A stretch of 64,000 bases of DNA. Source: Owenia fusiformis. Lineage: Eukaryota. Made by a program: the position numbers and the translations under genes. The notes under the pieces were generated by a model. It made no database searches and had not been told where the DNA came from. It saw nothing but the letters and a program-made list of their open reading frames with translations. Numbering within the stretch: position 1 is the first letter of the stretch; every line of letters begins with the position of its first letter. Below, in pieces: positions 49,415-63,390 of this stretch. The stretch is taken from assembly GCA_903813345.2 (NCBI GenBank), contig CAIIXF020000001.1, positions 25,110,001 through 25,174,000 on the forward strand, given 5' to 3'.

Positions 49415-50039
49415 CTAAATCTCGTTTTTCGTGAGATTTTAAGAGACTTGCATATTAGACCTCTAATGACTTACATTACCTTCTTTTAAATGGCATATTT
49501 GAATTCAGTGAAATGTTTTCTCCTTTAATAGCTTTGATTTACACAGTTATGTAATTTGAATAATTTTCTATAACAATTTAAAAAAACTTGGGCCAAATGT
49601 CCATAGATGCAATGCTAAAATTCTTTAAATCCGTGGATTATTTGTATGTCAATCAACATTTGCATGTTTAATCACATCATGTTCATAAACAGGGTCATCA
49701 TGTGGTATATCATTCAAGTTTTATACAGATTCAACAAACACACTTTGATAAATCATGAAATTAACCCACTTTTCCAAGGTTTTAGCATGTAAATGAATGG
49801 AGCTCTAGCCCAAGTTAAAAGCTGAATAAAAGATGGCAGCACGAGATTTCATTGATTTTTCTGCTATTTAGAAACTATCCTATTGTCCAAGGACGTATTG
49901 AGAATGAGGTAGAACTAATTGCAATTGCAAACGGGTTTAAACTGATTAAAGACTGCCTATGAACGATAGCTATCACACCAAACTAGTTCAGTAAAAACAC
50001 GACTGCATCATTGAACCTGTCCGGGGTACTATTGTAAAT

Positions 50040-50720
50040 AATTTGATTTTTTTTCAAATCTATCATTCTCATATGAAGTCACGATTACTTTACATTGATT
50101 AGGTTATTGTTATTTATTTCTATAATATTCAACATAATTATTTACATAGATTGTGAGGGGCCGAGGCTACATAGCATTATTGGCCCCCCTCTAGAAAGTT
50201 AAAAACATATAATAAATCACTGGAGTGTGTAGGATTGCAACGGACAGACGGTCGTCCACCAGGTCTTGCCCATGATGATGTATATGAGTGTTAATGAGAG
50301 ATGATGTGAAATGAGGAGGATGGTCATTCTAAGATGTTATCGATATAATTTGAAGATAGTTGAAGGCATTTTGTATTCAGTTCACTATTTAAATTTTCAT
50401 CTCCATAAAGTATAAATTCTATTTTTTGCTTTCTGGTTTTTCCAAAATAGCACATAATATCAAGATTGTCTAACTTTAGGATGTTCTGTATGTAATCATT
50501 TCTATGTATGGCGGTTAGAGGGCAGTCGAGTAAAAGATGAATCTTATCTTGATTTCGGTGGCCGCAGGGGCAAGAAGGATCTATGATGTTGTTGAAATTA
50601 TGTCTAAAAAAGTCACTTTTAAGGGCAAGGTCGCTTCTTATTTTATTAAGTTTAGTTTCAGAAGACCTTTTCAAATTAAGATTTTTTGTTAAAATATTCT
50701 TTTTATGAAATGTACATTGA
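50040..50720 (-). mobile_element. 5'-truncated non-LTR retrotransposon (LINE) 3' remnant
   Basis: ORF 50324-50674 has the post-RT Cys/His motif SCPCG...HLLLDCP followed by ILYG, typical of ORF2 C-termini; AT-rich tail. Boundaries approximate. Confidence 0.7.
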
Positions 50721-50724
50721 TCAG

Positions 50725-51365
50725 TAACCCTACTATCACACCAAACTAGTTCTCACTACGTTCTCTGGACCTACTAAGAACCGTTTGGGATCTATTTACA
50801 AACTTCATCGAACGTACTCGAACGGGTAGGTCCTCTAGAACTTAGACAATGCTCAAAATGTTCTCGTGGTCGTCACGTTCTACAATTAGAACGAGTGAAA
50901 ACGTACTAACGACGAGCTGGACGTACTACGAACGGAACCGTCGTACTTCAATCCTACTAGGGACGTTTTAACAACGAGTGGAACTGTCTCAGGACGTGTT
51001 TAGAACGAGGTAGAACTAATTGCAAACGGGTTTAAACTGATTAAGAACGTATTTAACACTGCTTATGAACTAGTTAGCAAAAATATAGCTATCACACCAA
51101 ACAAGTTGCCACTGCGTTCTTCAAAACTGGTTTGAAACTGTGAGCGAACGGAATGAACGTAGCTGCAACTTTCTAAGGTCTATTTACGAACTTTATGAAC
51201 GTTCTCAGACGGGAATGTGATTTTAGAATTTTGAATCGATTCAAAATTCGATGGCGACCATGCCGTTCTGTAATCAGGTCATGTTGACCTTCTAGACTAA
51301 GGAGCGCGTTCTACTACGTTGCACACCGACGTGGTTCGACCTGAACGAATTGCGAGGGGTATCCT
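50725..51365. mobile_element. Interspersed repeat, near-identical to 63391-64000 (possible piggyBac-like end)
   Basis: CCCTACTATCACACCAAACTAGTTCTCACTACGTTCT... colinear with the second copy apart from small indels; a fragment also occurs at ~49890-49990. Confidence 0.75.
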
Positions 51366-52071
51366 TCTTTTTAGACCCGCATGTCCGCACCTCCGAGTAC
51401 ACTATAAAATAAGTAGTATGAATTATAAAAGTATCTTGGTTGCAAATGACATTTTCTGTCTTTTGCTCAGATGAAATCCTGATATTGCATTGTACAGTTG
51501 TATAGTAAACGAACCCATAAAAGAGATCGAATCTGCAATCGTTTCTTTTGACTTGCTAATGTTCATTAAACGATGCAATTATTTGTGTATACTCAGATCA
51601 ATTAATATGCAAATAGAAATAGCAAACTATTCAGCCTCATGAACGTTGCAGATATACAATCAAAGAAATTGACTTTTGCAGGGCAAAGTTTTGATTTTAG
51701 ATAAAAATACCATTCGTTTTGACGCATTTTGATATATAGAAAAAAACTTTTCAAATATATCTCGTATTATAAACTTTGGTTAATCTTGATCTAATCTTGA
51801 TATTCTTCTAGATGCAAATTTGTTTTGCTATTGGCCAATTGAAATTACAAGTCGATTTCAACTAAGTGTGCCTCGTGGTCAAAGGCCACGTAAGAGATGC
51901 ATCAGTCTGTCAATAAAAGTTAAAAAAGTTTTAATAAGAATAATATCAAACTGACATATCTCTGTTAAGGTATCACCGAGACAACATGTCAAATATCGTG
52001 CAGTTTTATCATCTTGCAATAAACAATCTTGAACGTTACGAGCTAGTTACTAAATTAAGAATTAAGAAATC

Positions 52072-55000
52072 TGTAGCACCCCAGGGGCAGTGCGCTCTTT
52101 GCTTATAAGTGGTGGTAGCGTAGCAAATAAAATAGCACAACCTACTCCCGGGGGCGCCACGGGTAATCCCCAAATGACGCTCCCTCACTGAAGCCGCCAA
52201 ACGGGAAAAAGCAAACAGACTAATTAATTTAATTTTAATATCAAATAATAGAACATAACTTTTATTTACTAAAATTACATGGATTTGCTTGATGATAATA
52301 AAGAAAACAATATTCCAAGAATTAATATGAAATGTAATACAGATCAAGGAGAATTACAGATGCGCTAATAGGTGAGAAGGCTGAAGGAGCGCAGATAAAT
52401 GCAATGTCATGTTGCGACTTCTTAGCCGCTCTCCTGAGGGAGAACTGGCAGCGCTGCTAGGTTGGTTGATCGCTCCTAGTGCAGCTACATTCCCAACGCT
52501 CGGCCGAGCGGGAGGGGGTAGCGCAGAAAGACAGCAACATTCCAATGCCAGCCATGACTTCCAAAATAAAATCAATTAATGTAAATAACAGTGTTCATTT
52601 AATAAAAGAATTTGCCACTGCTCATCCTGGGATCCTGCAGGTATTAAAGTTGAATAAACTGATGAGTTTTTCATTTCGAATTCTTTTCTCTTTTCAATGT
52701 GAATTTTAGCATAAAATTACATGAACAAGAATGAAATAAAAGATGATGAGCTTACCAAAATACTGATTGATCCAAATAATATCCAAAAAAGGTGATTAAA
52801 TCCATTAAACGAAGATAAAAATGAGAAAACTAAAACTACATCTTGTCCCTGCAAAATCCCAGCAGAAGAGACAGATAACTTGATCAGAGCTGTGAACAAG
52901 CTAGGAACTGGCAGAATCTCATCAGTGGCTAAATAATCACTGTACAAAATCAAATGGAGAGTTTTATAGACACAATTACAAGGTGTTAAACAGTGAATCT
53001 GCAAACTGACAAAGTATTACACAGTCGCTAAAAATAGATTGTTTTGATGTCTGAGAAAAACTCATTAACAATAAGAGGAATATCTTCTCAATAATGATGC
53101 ATTAAATTATTTAATTACAAATCTAATTAATAAATAAAAATAAAAGTAACGGCACAAAATATGGTTGGGTCGTTACATACCTCCCCTCTTTGAAAGGCAT
53201 GGCCTAACCTCACAAAACTTTAAAATATATAGTCATTGACTACCACTCTAAATATACATCAAATGCCCATGAAAAAACTTTACATAAAAGTACTACAATG
53301 TCCATTTTAAAATAATCCAGGCATTTGCCCTGCTGCTCCACCAAGTGATGGATGGATGTAATCAATTGGAGCGCTGGCTCAGCGCACACAGGCAGCTGCT
53401 ATCGATAAATATACATTATGTATGCGTAGATCTCTAGATTTTCCTCAGAGTCAATCACTGGATTATTCCCATTGTATATCACTGGAGCAATATATTGAGG
53501 AGATCCTGGCCAGATTGTTCCTACAATAATAAGTCACTGGATCCTACATATGGTTTATCACTGGATTGTTCATAACGCAGTTCTCGCTGTTGATCCTTGA
53601 GTGTTCATAATGTAGATTTGTTTGGATAGTGAGACAAACACCTGAAAATACTAATAAAAAGAGTGGTAGACAAGATGTTTAAAACTTATCTAAAATACAG
53701 CTACATTAAGTTTAGTACAAATTAATACTAGCTTAAAATTACAAGATAGCTTGTTAAAGTGTATTAAATATTTAAATTATCATCCACCATACAGGTGGTA
53801 GCTATGCTCAGCCTGTCAGATATCAGGTCTTTAAAATATTTTTATACAAAAATTAGAAATAAATGAATAACATAAATAAATTACATAAGCGCTATTAATC
53901 ACAAGCAGCAAAGATCCTGGCAGACATCATCACTGCCGCTCAGTGAAAGTTAGCAGACAGGCAATTGCAGGCTTCATAATTCAAAGCGCATTGCATATTC
54001 TGTCATCAGGGTGAAACACTGGCTGCTACAGATACTCTGTGGAAAGGTCCTTCCTGCACACATCACAGCGCATGATAAGCCAAATGTTTCACAAGGTGCC
54101 CCAGGTCCACTCGGTGTCACAAATTAGAGGCCATTGCTTCTGTCCCCGTGTCATTTCCACCCGCGCCTAAGGGAGGGTCCACTCCCGGCTCCAACCCAGC
54201 CTGGCGCATCCGGTGTGGTCCGGCACTAGATGGGGAAACCAACCCAGGTTTCAAATGGCACATGAGCTATGCAGGCTACTTGATTAGAATTTGAGGGGTG
54301 AAGTATATGTCTTCATTCATTTCATTTACATAGCATCGTGATCACCATTCCTGGGGTCCACTCTTACCTCTAGATAGCCTTCTGCACACAAGACAGACGT
54401 CCTAGTGGAGGTTGGGACCAGCACAAATTATGTGACCAAGCTCCAAACAACTGTTAGCCAAGGGTTAACACAATCAAGCACTCCAGCAGGAGCTAATGTG
54501 ATACACAGCTCTACTGCGATGGCCATGAGTTAGTGCTAGATTTTTACATCTCAGCTTCGCTGGGGTGATCAATCCAAGCGAAATGTATTCCGCAGACACA
54601 CAATGAAATCAAGAGGGGTGGATCATTGAATGTCTGGTGACATGAGCGCAATACACATGAGACGTTGCGCTTTCCCGAGACAGCTGCTTAAAAAGTCTAC
54701 TGACTACAAGATATTACCCTCGCCTCAAAGGAAACTGGACGCTCCTTGTCTGCAACAACTTTACTGGATTGTAGAGCCATTGTGGTTCCTAACATGTTCC
54801 AGCTCAGGCAATATCCTGTTCATTCCAAAAGTGTTCAACCAAAGTGCAGCTCGGGTGATGCAAGCGCACTATAAAAGGCGAATAACTCTTAGCCTGGATA
54901 TGTGTGAAATGATGCATGATTTTCTGCACGCAGGCCATCATATTTCGGCATCATTCCACAAGTTTTCAATCTTCCCTGGATACATATCGTAGGATACGTA

Positions 55001-56645
55001 TATCCGCCAGCGTAAGGTGAAGATATGAAATACGTACACATACATGTAATACAATGCGATGAAGTATGCTTATGGCGCAATCCATTGGCTTACAGACTGC
55101 AACAAATAGCAACATCTATCGTGATAATCCCCAATTAAAACATCCGAATCACAAGATGTAAGTCATTTCATTAAATAAGATGTACATAGTACATAGGTAA
55201 ATCATCAGGCATCAGTTCCCCAGATATATGTACATAGTACAAAATGATCATCTTAGCTGCAGTATACATGTACATGGTACAAAATGCGCACTAAGCTACT
55301 ATGTACACAGTACACAATGGTAAGAATCAGCATATGTAAGTGCGATCCAAATTGACGAATCCTAAGGCTTACCAATAGCCAAAGGAACCGGCTCTTATGC
55401 ATGTGGCGTGACTAAAATCACCATGTCACAACCATGGGATAATGCAGTACAATCAAATGCGCATATTTCAGCACAATCAAGCTGCACAATTACAAGAGCG
55501 GCACTGTGAAGGCGCTCGATGCCACCGCTGCCTGACCAATGTAGCACCCCAGGGGCAGTGCGCTCTTTGCTTATAAGTGGTGGTAGCGTAGCAAATAAAA
55601 TAGCACAACCTACTCCCGGGGGCGCCACGGGTAATCCCCAAATGACGCTCCCTCACTGAAGCCGCCAAACGGGAAAAAGCAAACAGACTAATTAATTTAA
55701 TTTTAATATCAAATAATAGAACATAACTTTTATTTACTAAAATTACATGGATTTGCTTGATGATAATAAAGAAAACAATATTCCAAGAATTAATATGAAA
55801 TGTAATACAGATCAAGGAGAATTACAGATGCGCTAATAGGTGAGAAGGCTGAAGGAGCGCAGATAAATGCAATGTCATGTTGCGACTTCTTAGCCGCTCT
55901 CCTGAGGGAGAACTGGCAGCGCTGCTAGGTTGGTTGATCGCTCCTAGTGCAGCTACATTCCCAACGCTCGGCCGAGCGGGAGGGGGTAGCGCAGAAAGAC
56001 AGCAACATTCCAATGCCAGCCATGACTTCCAAAATAAAATCAATTAATGTAAATAACAGTGTTCATTTAATAAAAGAATTTGCCACTGCTCATCCTGGGA
56101 TCCTGCAGGTATTAAAGTTGAATAAACTGATGAGTTTTTCATTTCGAATTCTTTTCTCTTTTCAATGTGAATTTTAGCATAAAATTACATGAACAAGAAT
56201 GAAATAAAAGATGATGAGCTTACCAAAATACTGATTGATCCAAATAATATCCAAAAAAGGTGATTAAATCCATTAAACGAAGATAAAAATGAGAAAACTA
56301 AAACTACATCTTGTCCCTGCAAAATCCCAGCAGAAGAGACAGATAACTTGATCAGAGCTGTGAACAAGCTAGGAACTGGCAGAATCTCATCAGTGGCTAA
56401 ATAATCACTGTACAAAATCAAATGGAGAGTTTTATAGACACAATTACAAGGTGTTAAACAGTGAATCTGCAAACTGACAAAGTATTACACAGTCGCTAAA
56501 AATAGATTGTTTTGATGTCTGAGAAAAACTCATTAACAATAAGAGGAATATCTTCTCAATAATGATGCATTAAATTATTTAATTACAAATCTAATTAATA
56601 AATAAAAATAAAAGTAACGGCACAAAATATGGTTGGGTCGTTACA
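52072..56645 (-). mobile_element. Intact non-autonomous LTR retroelement (Ty3/gypsy-like termini), 4574 bp
   Basis: Two 1106-bp LTRs (52072-53177, 55540-56645), TGTA...TACA, apparently identical; TSD AATC (52068-52071, 56646-56649); minus-strand PPT AAAGAGGGGAGG next to 53177; PBS TGGTCAGGCAGCGGTGG next to 55540 resembling the tRNA-Leu 3' complement; the 2362-bp interior has no recognisable gag/pol ORF. Confidence 0.93.
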
Positions 56646-57068
56646 AATCCATTTCAGGTTGTGAAAATCAGTCCTTCCCTAATTAATAAACAGCAGCAAA
56701 TTAAGTAGTTAGGCTTAGAATTACTTCGCTGGATAGTAATTGATTTCGAGACCTAAGTGAATACTTATTGAAATAAATGCACCCTTGATATATTTGTGTC
56801 ATGATTTGCAGAATAAAATGATAGCATATAATAGCCGGTAATAAATTGGGTCGAGGAAATTATTCATTTTTAAATTGTCTTTCTCTGGGGGTGGAATAGG
56901 TAATTTTGTTGTGAAACACTCTTATCGTTCACGCAACTTACTTCATTACTTAATATCTTACTCAATGTAAGGACACTCAATCAAGTAGATGTTGACACAT
57001 GTTCAATACATTGACACGGACAACGATCATCCCCGAGAAATGTATTATTTTGGATGTTCCACGTTCAG

Positions 57069-60000
57069 ATGATGACTCGAACGTTCAAGAAGAAATTGCA
57101 CCATAAGCAGGACAAGCGTATGACGGAGAGCAACTCCGGGATTTTTACAAGATCGGGACTATTGGGGAAAATTCTGGGACGACAGTCAGTGGGAAACATG
57201 GAAAAGGAGCGAGTTGTAGTTAAAACAATGGATATTTCTTTGTCACCTGGTGATGAAACTGTTGGCGAAATCTGTCGGATTGAAGAAAGTCCACTCAGGA
57301 TTCTGAGGGTAAGGTCAATGTTATACAATATTGTGTGCAAAAAGGCATTTGCAAAATTGGTGACGCTAGTTTTATCTCTGTTTAGATTTTTGATATCGGT
57401 TGACGAAAAAGTCAAAGTGTTTTAAATTGTAGAAGTACGTAAATAAATTCACGTTATTTACGTAATTGTTTATTTCATCATGATACATCCATGGAAACCT
57501 TGGAATGACAATGTATGGCACAATATAAGATATCATTAAACAGAAATATTATCATTCATGTTTGTTGTCAAAGAAAATACATGCCCAGTGGATCAAAAAT
57601 GAACGCTTATTACACCTGTAATTACAAATGTAGGCTTACATGAAAAAATGCCTTATGATTTATATGAATAAAACATAGTCCACTGGTCCTAGAACCATGA
57701 TTGTAAGTACTACATCGTTTCTTAGCCGATGATAAGTCATATTTGATTTAACTTACTATTTGAAAGAATTCATCATTAATGAGAAGTACTGTTCATATTT
57801 GACATATTGATATTACCGTTATTGAACACTCTGGGGTTTACAAAGCTCTCCAACATGCGAGTATAAGTTATTTCCGTTTTATCAGAACTGCTTGTTTACC
57901 CTGATTTGCTAATTTAAGAAATCTGCAACACCAGATATATCAAGCAAATCATCTCATTTGGTCTTAATATATATTTCTAGTAAAATTAATCGACTGCCGC
58001 CCATTTTTGTCAAAATATTCATTAAACCCGACAAAGTAGTTATGCCCCCTGCACCAGTTGTATCGAAACGTGCTCGATCTCTTCTCCATACATACGTGAA
58101 GGTGACATCTAGGACATCTCCTACATCAAATGATCTTCACTTTAAATCACGCACTGAAGACAATTCAACATCGTACTTTCAAAACAAATTACAGAAAGTT
58201 GCTCTTGAAAATGATTGCATTAATAAGCAGATTATACAGAAACTCTGTAATGTAGAAATTCAAATCCATGGATTTAGTAATGTCATAGTAAGAGAACATT
58301 ATTTAATGAACCTCCTTATGCAATGGAGTGTTTATGTCTAATACTAGAATATTTACATGATGAAACGGCTTTTAAAGCCTATTATGCTTTGTTAACAATA
58401 CCAAGCGGGATGATGATGGATTGCAAACAATTAGAAAACATTAATTGCAATGTTATTAACCGACTTATGAGGTTAAATATTTATAGAAAGCTTTTCGAAA
58501 GGTGAGGCCTTGTCAAATGATCATCGATAAATCTCATGATGGACAAATTACTTCCTGAAATAAAATCTAAAATGCCTCCCGAATCAAAGAGAGCACTAAG
58601 TATTGAATGAAAACACGATCTTCGATCCATCAAAGTGGCTTTACTAACAATCATACGTAAAATGAATATGGTTAGAAAATTATTTATTCTATAGGTAATA
58701 CCGGTTTATCTTCGTATTGGCTAAAGGTTGAGGGTAATACGCTTTGCAAAATCATTGAAATTTAAGACGAAATGCGTGAACATAGAATGAAATATTTGTT
58801 TTATTGCTTTCATTCTTTTTTATCAGAATCCATGATTGGACAAAATATCTTAATATCAATTCGGAAAATGAGGCCAGTGTGATAGTTGAATCTTAATCAA
58901 GACACATGGGAATTCGAAATTGATTCTACAATTGCAATTGTGTAATAACAAGAAAATTCACTCATTGGATTTCATATTTGAGTAGTTAACAGCCTATAAT
59001 TCATTCATACAATAAACACGAAGAAATTGTACCAACATATCAATACTAATTTTGATTGATATGATCAATAGAGGCCTAAAATTGGTAATGTTGATGACAA
59101 CATAACTTATTTTATAACGATTCAAATTGTTCCATAACATGCATAAATGTAGGTTAATTTATGTCCATATTGTCAATATCCCATGCTTTCATGGATGTGG
59201 ATTGTGATAGTGATTCTTGAATGGTTGACGACATTCTGATACTCATAGCATCTTTCTGTTTCACTTGAAACATGCTCAGGGCTGAGAAGAAATGAGATGT
59301 CAAGGTTTATCAAGATGGGTTGAGGAATCTAATAAGACATTTTTTGGATATTGGGGTTTTGTTCTCTTTATGGCTGGTTGTTTCTTTTATTAAGCGTTTT
59401 ATGATTCTATTTGGTATTTCCCTGTAATTGACAGCAAGAAACAAAGGAAGGAATATGTTTGGGGTATACTTGACAGTATATGCCCGGCAGTTACTGTTTT
59501 GCTTGGCCAAGTCTCTAAGTTGGGGAAATTGAAGGAAATCAGCTTTGAAAAGAGTAATAATTGAACAAGAGGCATTTATACACAGTCACAACTAAGCCAC
59601 AATTTAACTTGGTATGTCGAATCATGTTACCGGGCAGAAATGACGCCCCGTAATAATAAGTTGCGAGTGAGGCACCGGTGATGCCCAGTCGAGTGAGTTT
59701 TGAACAATCTGGAATACGTGAAAAGAGCAACGATATGGGCAAACTAAGTAACATATTAAAACTGAAGCAATATTTCAAGAATTATTGTTCATAAGAAACA
59801 TGCGTTCTTACGCTCATTTTTGGAATTTCTGGACTGAAGCATTTTGTTTGAATTCGCTTATTGATAAAGAATAAATGTTTATAGCTCACACATTCATATA
59901 CATTAATATACTTAAAGCACTTTGAGATTTACAAACTCAACATACAGCAGCTGTTCACTTGTTTTAGTTTTATTTTGACTTACCTGATATTTAAGAGCTC

Positions 60001-61040
60001 GTAAAATATGTGAACAAATATTGAGCACGTATTTTATTAATTCACATTATAATTAGATGTGAAGTATCTAAGATCATTAAAGGTGGCAAAGTAATAAATG
60101 CTTGGGGGTCTCAGATTGAACGAAACGTGCTTTATCTCTTTCACACAAACGAGCATAATTTCAAGAAGGTGGCATTCTCAAGTTATGAATGCATGCTCCG
60201 ATCATTAGAAATCCCCATTCCACTCAGTACTTCCGTCACCCTTTACAGAAAGTGGCGCAACTTTTGCAAAATTGCATCAATATGGAGAATGTCGGATGTT
60301 TGCAAATGACTAAAAATGTACATGCTTAAAATCATTGGTTGCTGAGACATAAAACTAGGCTACATAATTATAAATAGAGGCCGTGAAAGCCAACCTGTAC
60401 CTAAAGGAACAATACGATACTTTGCTAACAATAACTAATAAAGATAATTATGGCAAATGGAAAAGGACTAATGTTACTCTGACCTGTTAATAATGTCATA
60501 GGATGTGGAGCTTTTCAATAGATGGGGTATATGGTAGATGACATAAAAGAATTATACCAGAGATTTGAGGTGGATACACTAATTCTGAAATAAAATCTAA
60601 AATGCCTAAATAATAATGAGAGAAATCTGCAAAGAAGAAAAGCAAGAACTTCAATCAATCAAAGTAGCCTTACTACAACCAGACCTCAAACTAAATGCAT
60701 GTGGAAGTATGGAAAACATTAATAATAGCATTTCAAGAACTGATATAAACATTGCTCTTGACATTAAGGATTCAACAGACAGGTATGACACTGCACAAAA
60801 TATTAAATGTAATCCGTTTAGTTTGGCAAAACACCATTTGCGAAAGAACGCCGAAAGACATAAAAACAGAGCAGAGGAAAGAAAAGAGCAGACTCGAAAG
60901 CATGTTCAAGAGGATGTGGACAGATATAAAGTTAAGATTGCTGAAAAGAGTGAACAGAACAAGGGAAAATTACGACATTTCCATGACAGGATTGTTGGCA
61001 AGGGAACGTGGGTGGAGGACGGTGGAATATTTTTTCAAGT
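57069..61040 (+). pseudogene. Unidentified degenerate coding-like sequence with an internally duplicated segment
   Basis: Clean exon-like 57069-57308 (ttcag|ATG...AGG|GTAAGG, 80 codons); broken frames at 57980-58660; ORF 60616-61038 ending at a candidate donor; CTGAAATAAAATCTAAAATGCCT and the L(R/Q)SIKVALL block occur at both ~58555-58650 and ~60585-60680, with stops and frameshifts nearby. Confidence 0.4.
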
Positions 61041-61239
61041 AGGAATTCTTAATTACCTTTTCATAAATGTCAATAATGACAATCTTTTAATTCTTTAAAT
61101 ACATACCAGGGGCGTAGCCAGCTTTTAGTCGGGGGGGGGGGGGGGTACGATCGTCAAAAAATATCGATTTACAGTCAGGGGGGAGTGCGACCGTGGCATA
61201 AGCGAGCAAAAAAAGATTTGTTTTGAATTTGACTACACC

Positions 61240-61419
61240 TATGCATAGTACCCCCATAAATGTGAGGTTGATTTTTCAAATCACCCCCACAGCTACTTGT
61301 GTATTGAAAACTTGGGGTTGTAAAACATTGTCAGTAGTTGATACAAAGCTGAATTTTATCTAAATAACCATAAAATCAAGCTTATTTTCAACCTCACATT
61401 TATGGGGGTACTATGCATA
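61240..61419. mobile_element. Short MITE with 32-bp perfect TIR, inside a G-rich repeat starting ~61106
   Basis: TATGCATAGTACCCCCATAAATGTGAGGTTGA / TCAACCTCACATTTATGGGGGTACTATGCATA. Confidence 0.8.
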
Positions 61420-61505
61420 CGGACTTCAAAAACATGGCTGATTATATCCTTGGCCGGGGGTGATGCGTTTACGCTCCATTAATCAATAGTTTGCAGAGTT
61501 AATTA

Positions 61506-61850
61506 ATTCTTTAATTTATGTTTATTTTGTAAAATAAGTATGCAGATGTCATCCCCGTTTACAATACTTTGCCATGACCGTTTAATAATGTATGGATATA
61601 AAAATATTTTTGATTCTTTAATTTATATTTATTTTGTAAAATAAGTATTGAGATGCCATCCCCGTTTACAATACTTTGACATGACCGTTTAATAATGCAC
61701 GGATATAAACATATTTTTTTGATTCTTTAATTTATATTTATGTTGTAAAATAAGAATGCAGGTGTCATCCCCGTTTACACGGTTGGCCAAAACATCAATA
61801 CTTTGCTGTGACCGTTTAATAATGCAAGGATATAAAAATGTTTTTGAGAT
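61506..61850. repeat. ~110-bp tandem repeat, 3 copies
   Basis: TTCTTTAATTTAT...GTAAAATAAG...CATCCCCGTTTAC...TGACCGTTTAATAATG repeated three times. Confidence 0.85.
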
Positions 61851-63390
61851 AAAGCAGCCAATTATATAATTTAACATTTCAATTGTACAAGGAGTCTAGT
61901 TTTGCGTCCCATATTGGAACCAGATAAATGTCTTAAAGTATATGATGGAGACATTACGTAAGCTGCTTACACTATTGTGATTTATTATTATATTATATTA
62001 AAATATAAATCACAATAGTGTAAGCATAAAGAACGGTACTAACTAGGACCGATCTGGCTAGTTTTTTTTATCAGGAAACATTAACCAAGTACCAACTTTT
62101 AGTCCTGAAAATCGTTACAAAGTTAAGTTTTTAAGTTGTTGTTTAAATCTAGCACTTTGCAAATCTTTCACAGACAGGTTTTCTCTGACCACTTTTCTTA
62201 TGATGTTGAATCAGTTTTTCTGTATCCCAATTACTTATTTGTCTAGTATTCTACTTTCGTCTGATAATATTTTTCAATTATTCTGAGCAACCTGCCATGT
62301 TTGTATGTATATCACTGGCAAAATGTTTGAGATGTCAAACGGATTATGTATTTGAGGCATGACTAATAACAGCGTAAATCAAAACTTTCTTCAAATATTA
62401 TTTTGTAACTGTTGTTAAAGTACTGAGAAATATGAAACTCATCTTCGATTAGGATTCATATTCAATTTTGATTTCTTGAACTGTTGGTGAAAATATTTTA
62501 TTTTGTAAACAAACCACTAATTATTGTTGATCTTTGTAAACATTTCAATCAGAATTAAACCATGTGACTGGAGATATCCAATCACAGCGCCGTTCCAGAA
62601 ATCGTCCAATTCTCGATATTCTGGGATTATGGCGCATAATATTATACGCGCATTTCCGGAAGTGAATTGGATTTTATCAGCTATGGATGAATCCGGAAGT
62701 AGACGCATCCAAAATTCATTGAATATAATTAAATGACAGCATGTTTGAGAGCGTTGTCATTCGACTTGGAATGGAGCTATCTTTGGTTTGGAAACAAGTT
62801 ATTGGATCTCAAACGGTATTTAAGGTAGAACAAAGTCGTTGAATAGAGGCATTTTTGCCGACAAAGAAATTGCTAATTTCCAAGTCTATTGACTTGTTAA
62901 TGAATCTTCTTGGTTCCATAGATCGCAAGAGCGTCTAAAACTCCGTGTGGTGTGTTAATTTTATGTCAATTAGTGATGAAAATATAGTAAAATACACACT
63001 TAGTTCTTTGAAGCTATCGGCTACCGGATTAACCTCCTATTTTATGGGCAACTCATTTTAATATGAATGGAATAGTGGCAGGTACTATTTATATATACAT
63101 GAGTTGGTCATAGAATAGTAAGTTAATCCGGTAGCTGCTTGCCGTTAGTTGCATTCGCGAATACAAGCTAACTCATGTAATTTGGTCAAAAAGTGTTTTT
63201 CTGTACAAAGTTCCTTTCCAAATATAATGTGCGGTGGTTACAATTCACTGTGTTAGCACTTGGTTGGTTGTTAGTCCTTTTATTTGATATCATAATGCTA
63301 ATATTCGGTTTATTTCATTATTTATTTATTAAAATATTTTATTTTAGTGTCACTAGTGTTAAAAGTATACATAAAATGTCAAATACAAAC

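Noticed and set aside
48788-49489. 233-aa ORF
   Set aside because: Artefact of translating through the N gap.
52655-52930. Hammerhead ribozyme (retrozyme) in the LTRs
   Set aside because: CTGATGAG occurs on both strands but without a properly placed GAAA and closing stems.
52036-56472. Duplicated small ORFs suggesting a tandem gene duplication
   Set aside because: They lie within the two LTRs and have no protein-like features.
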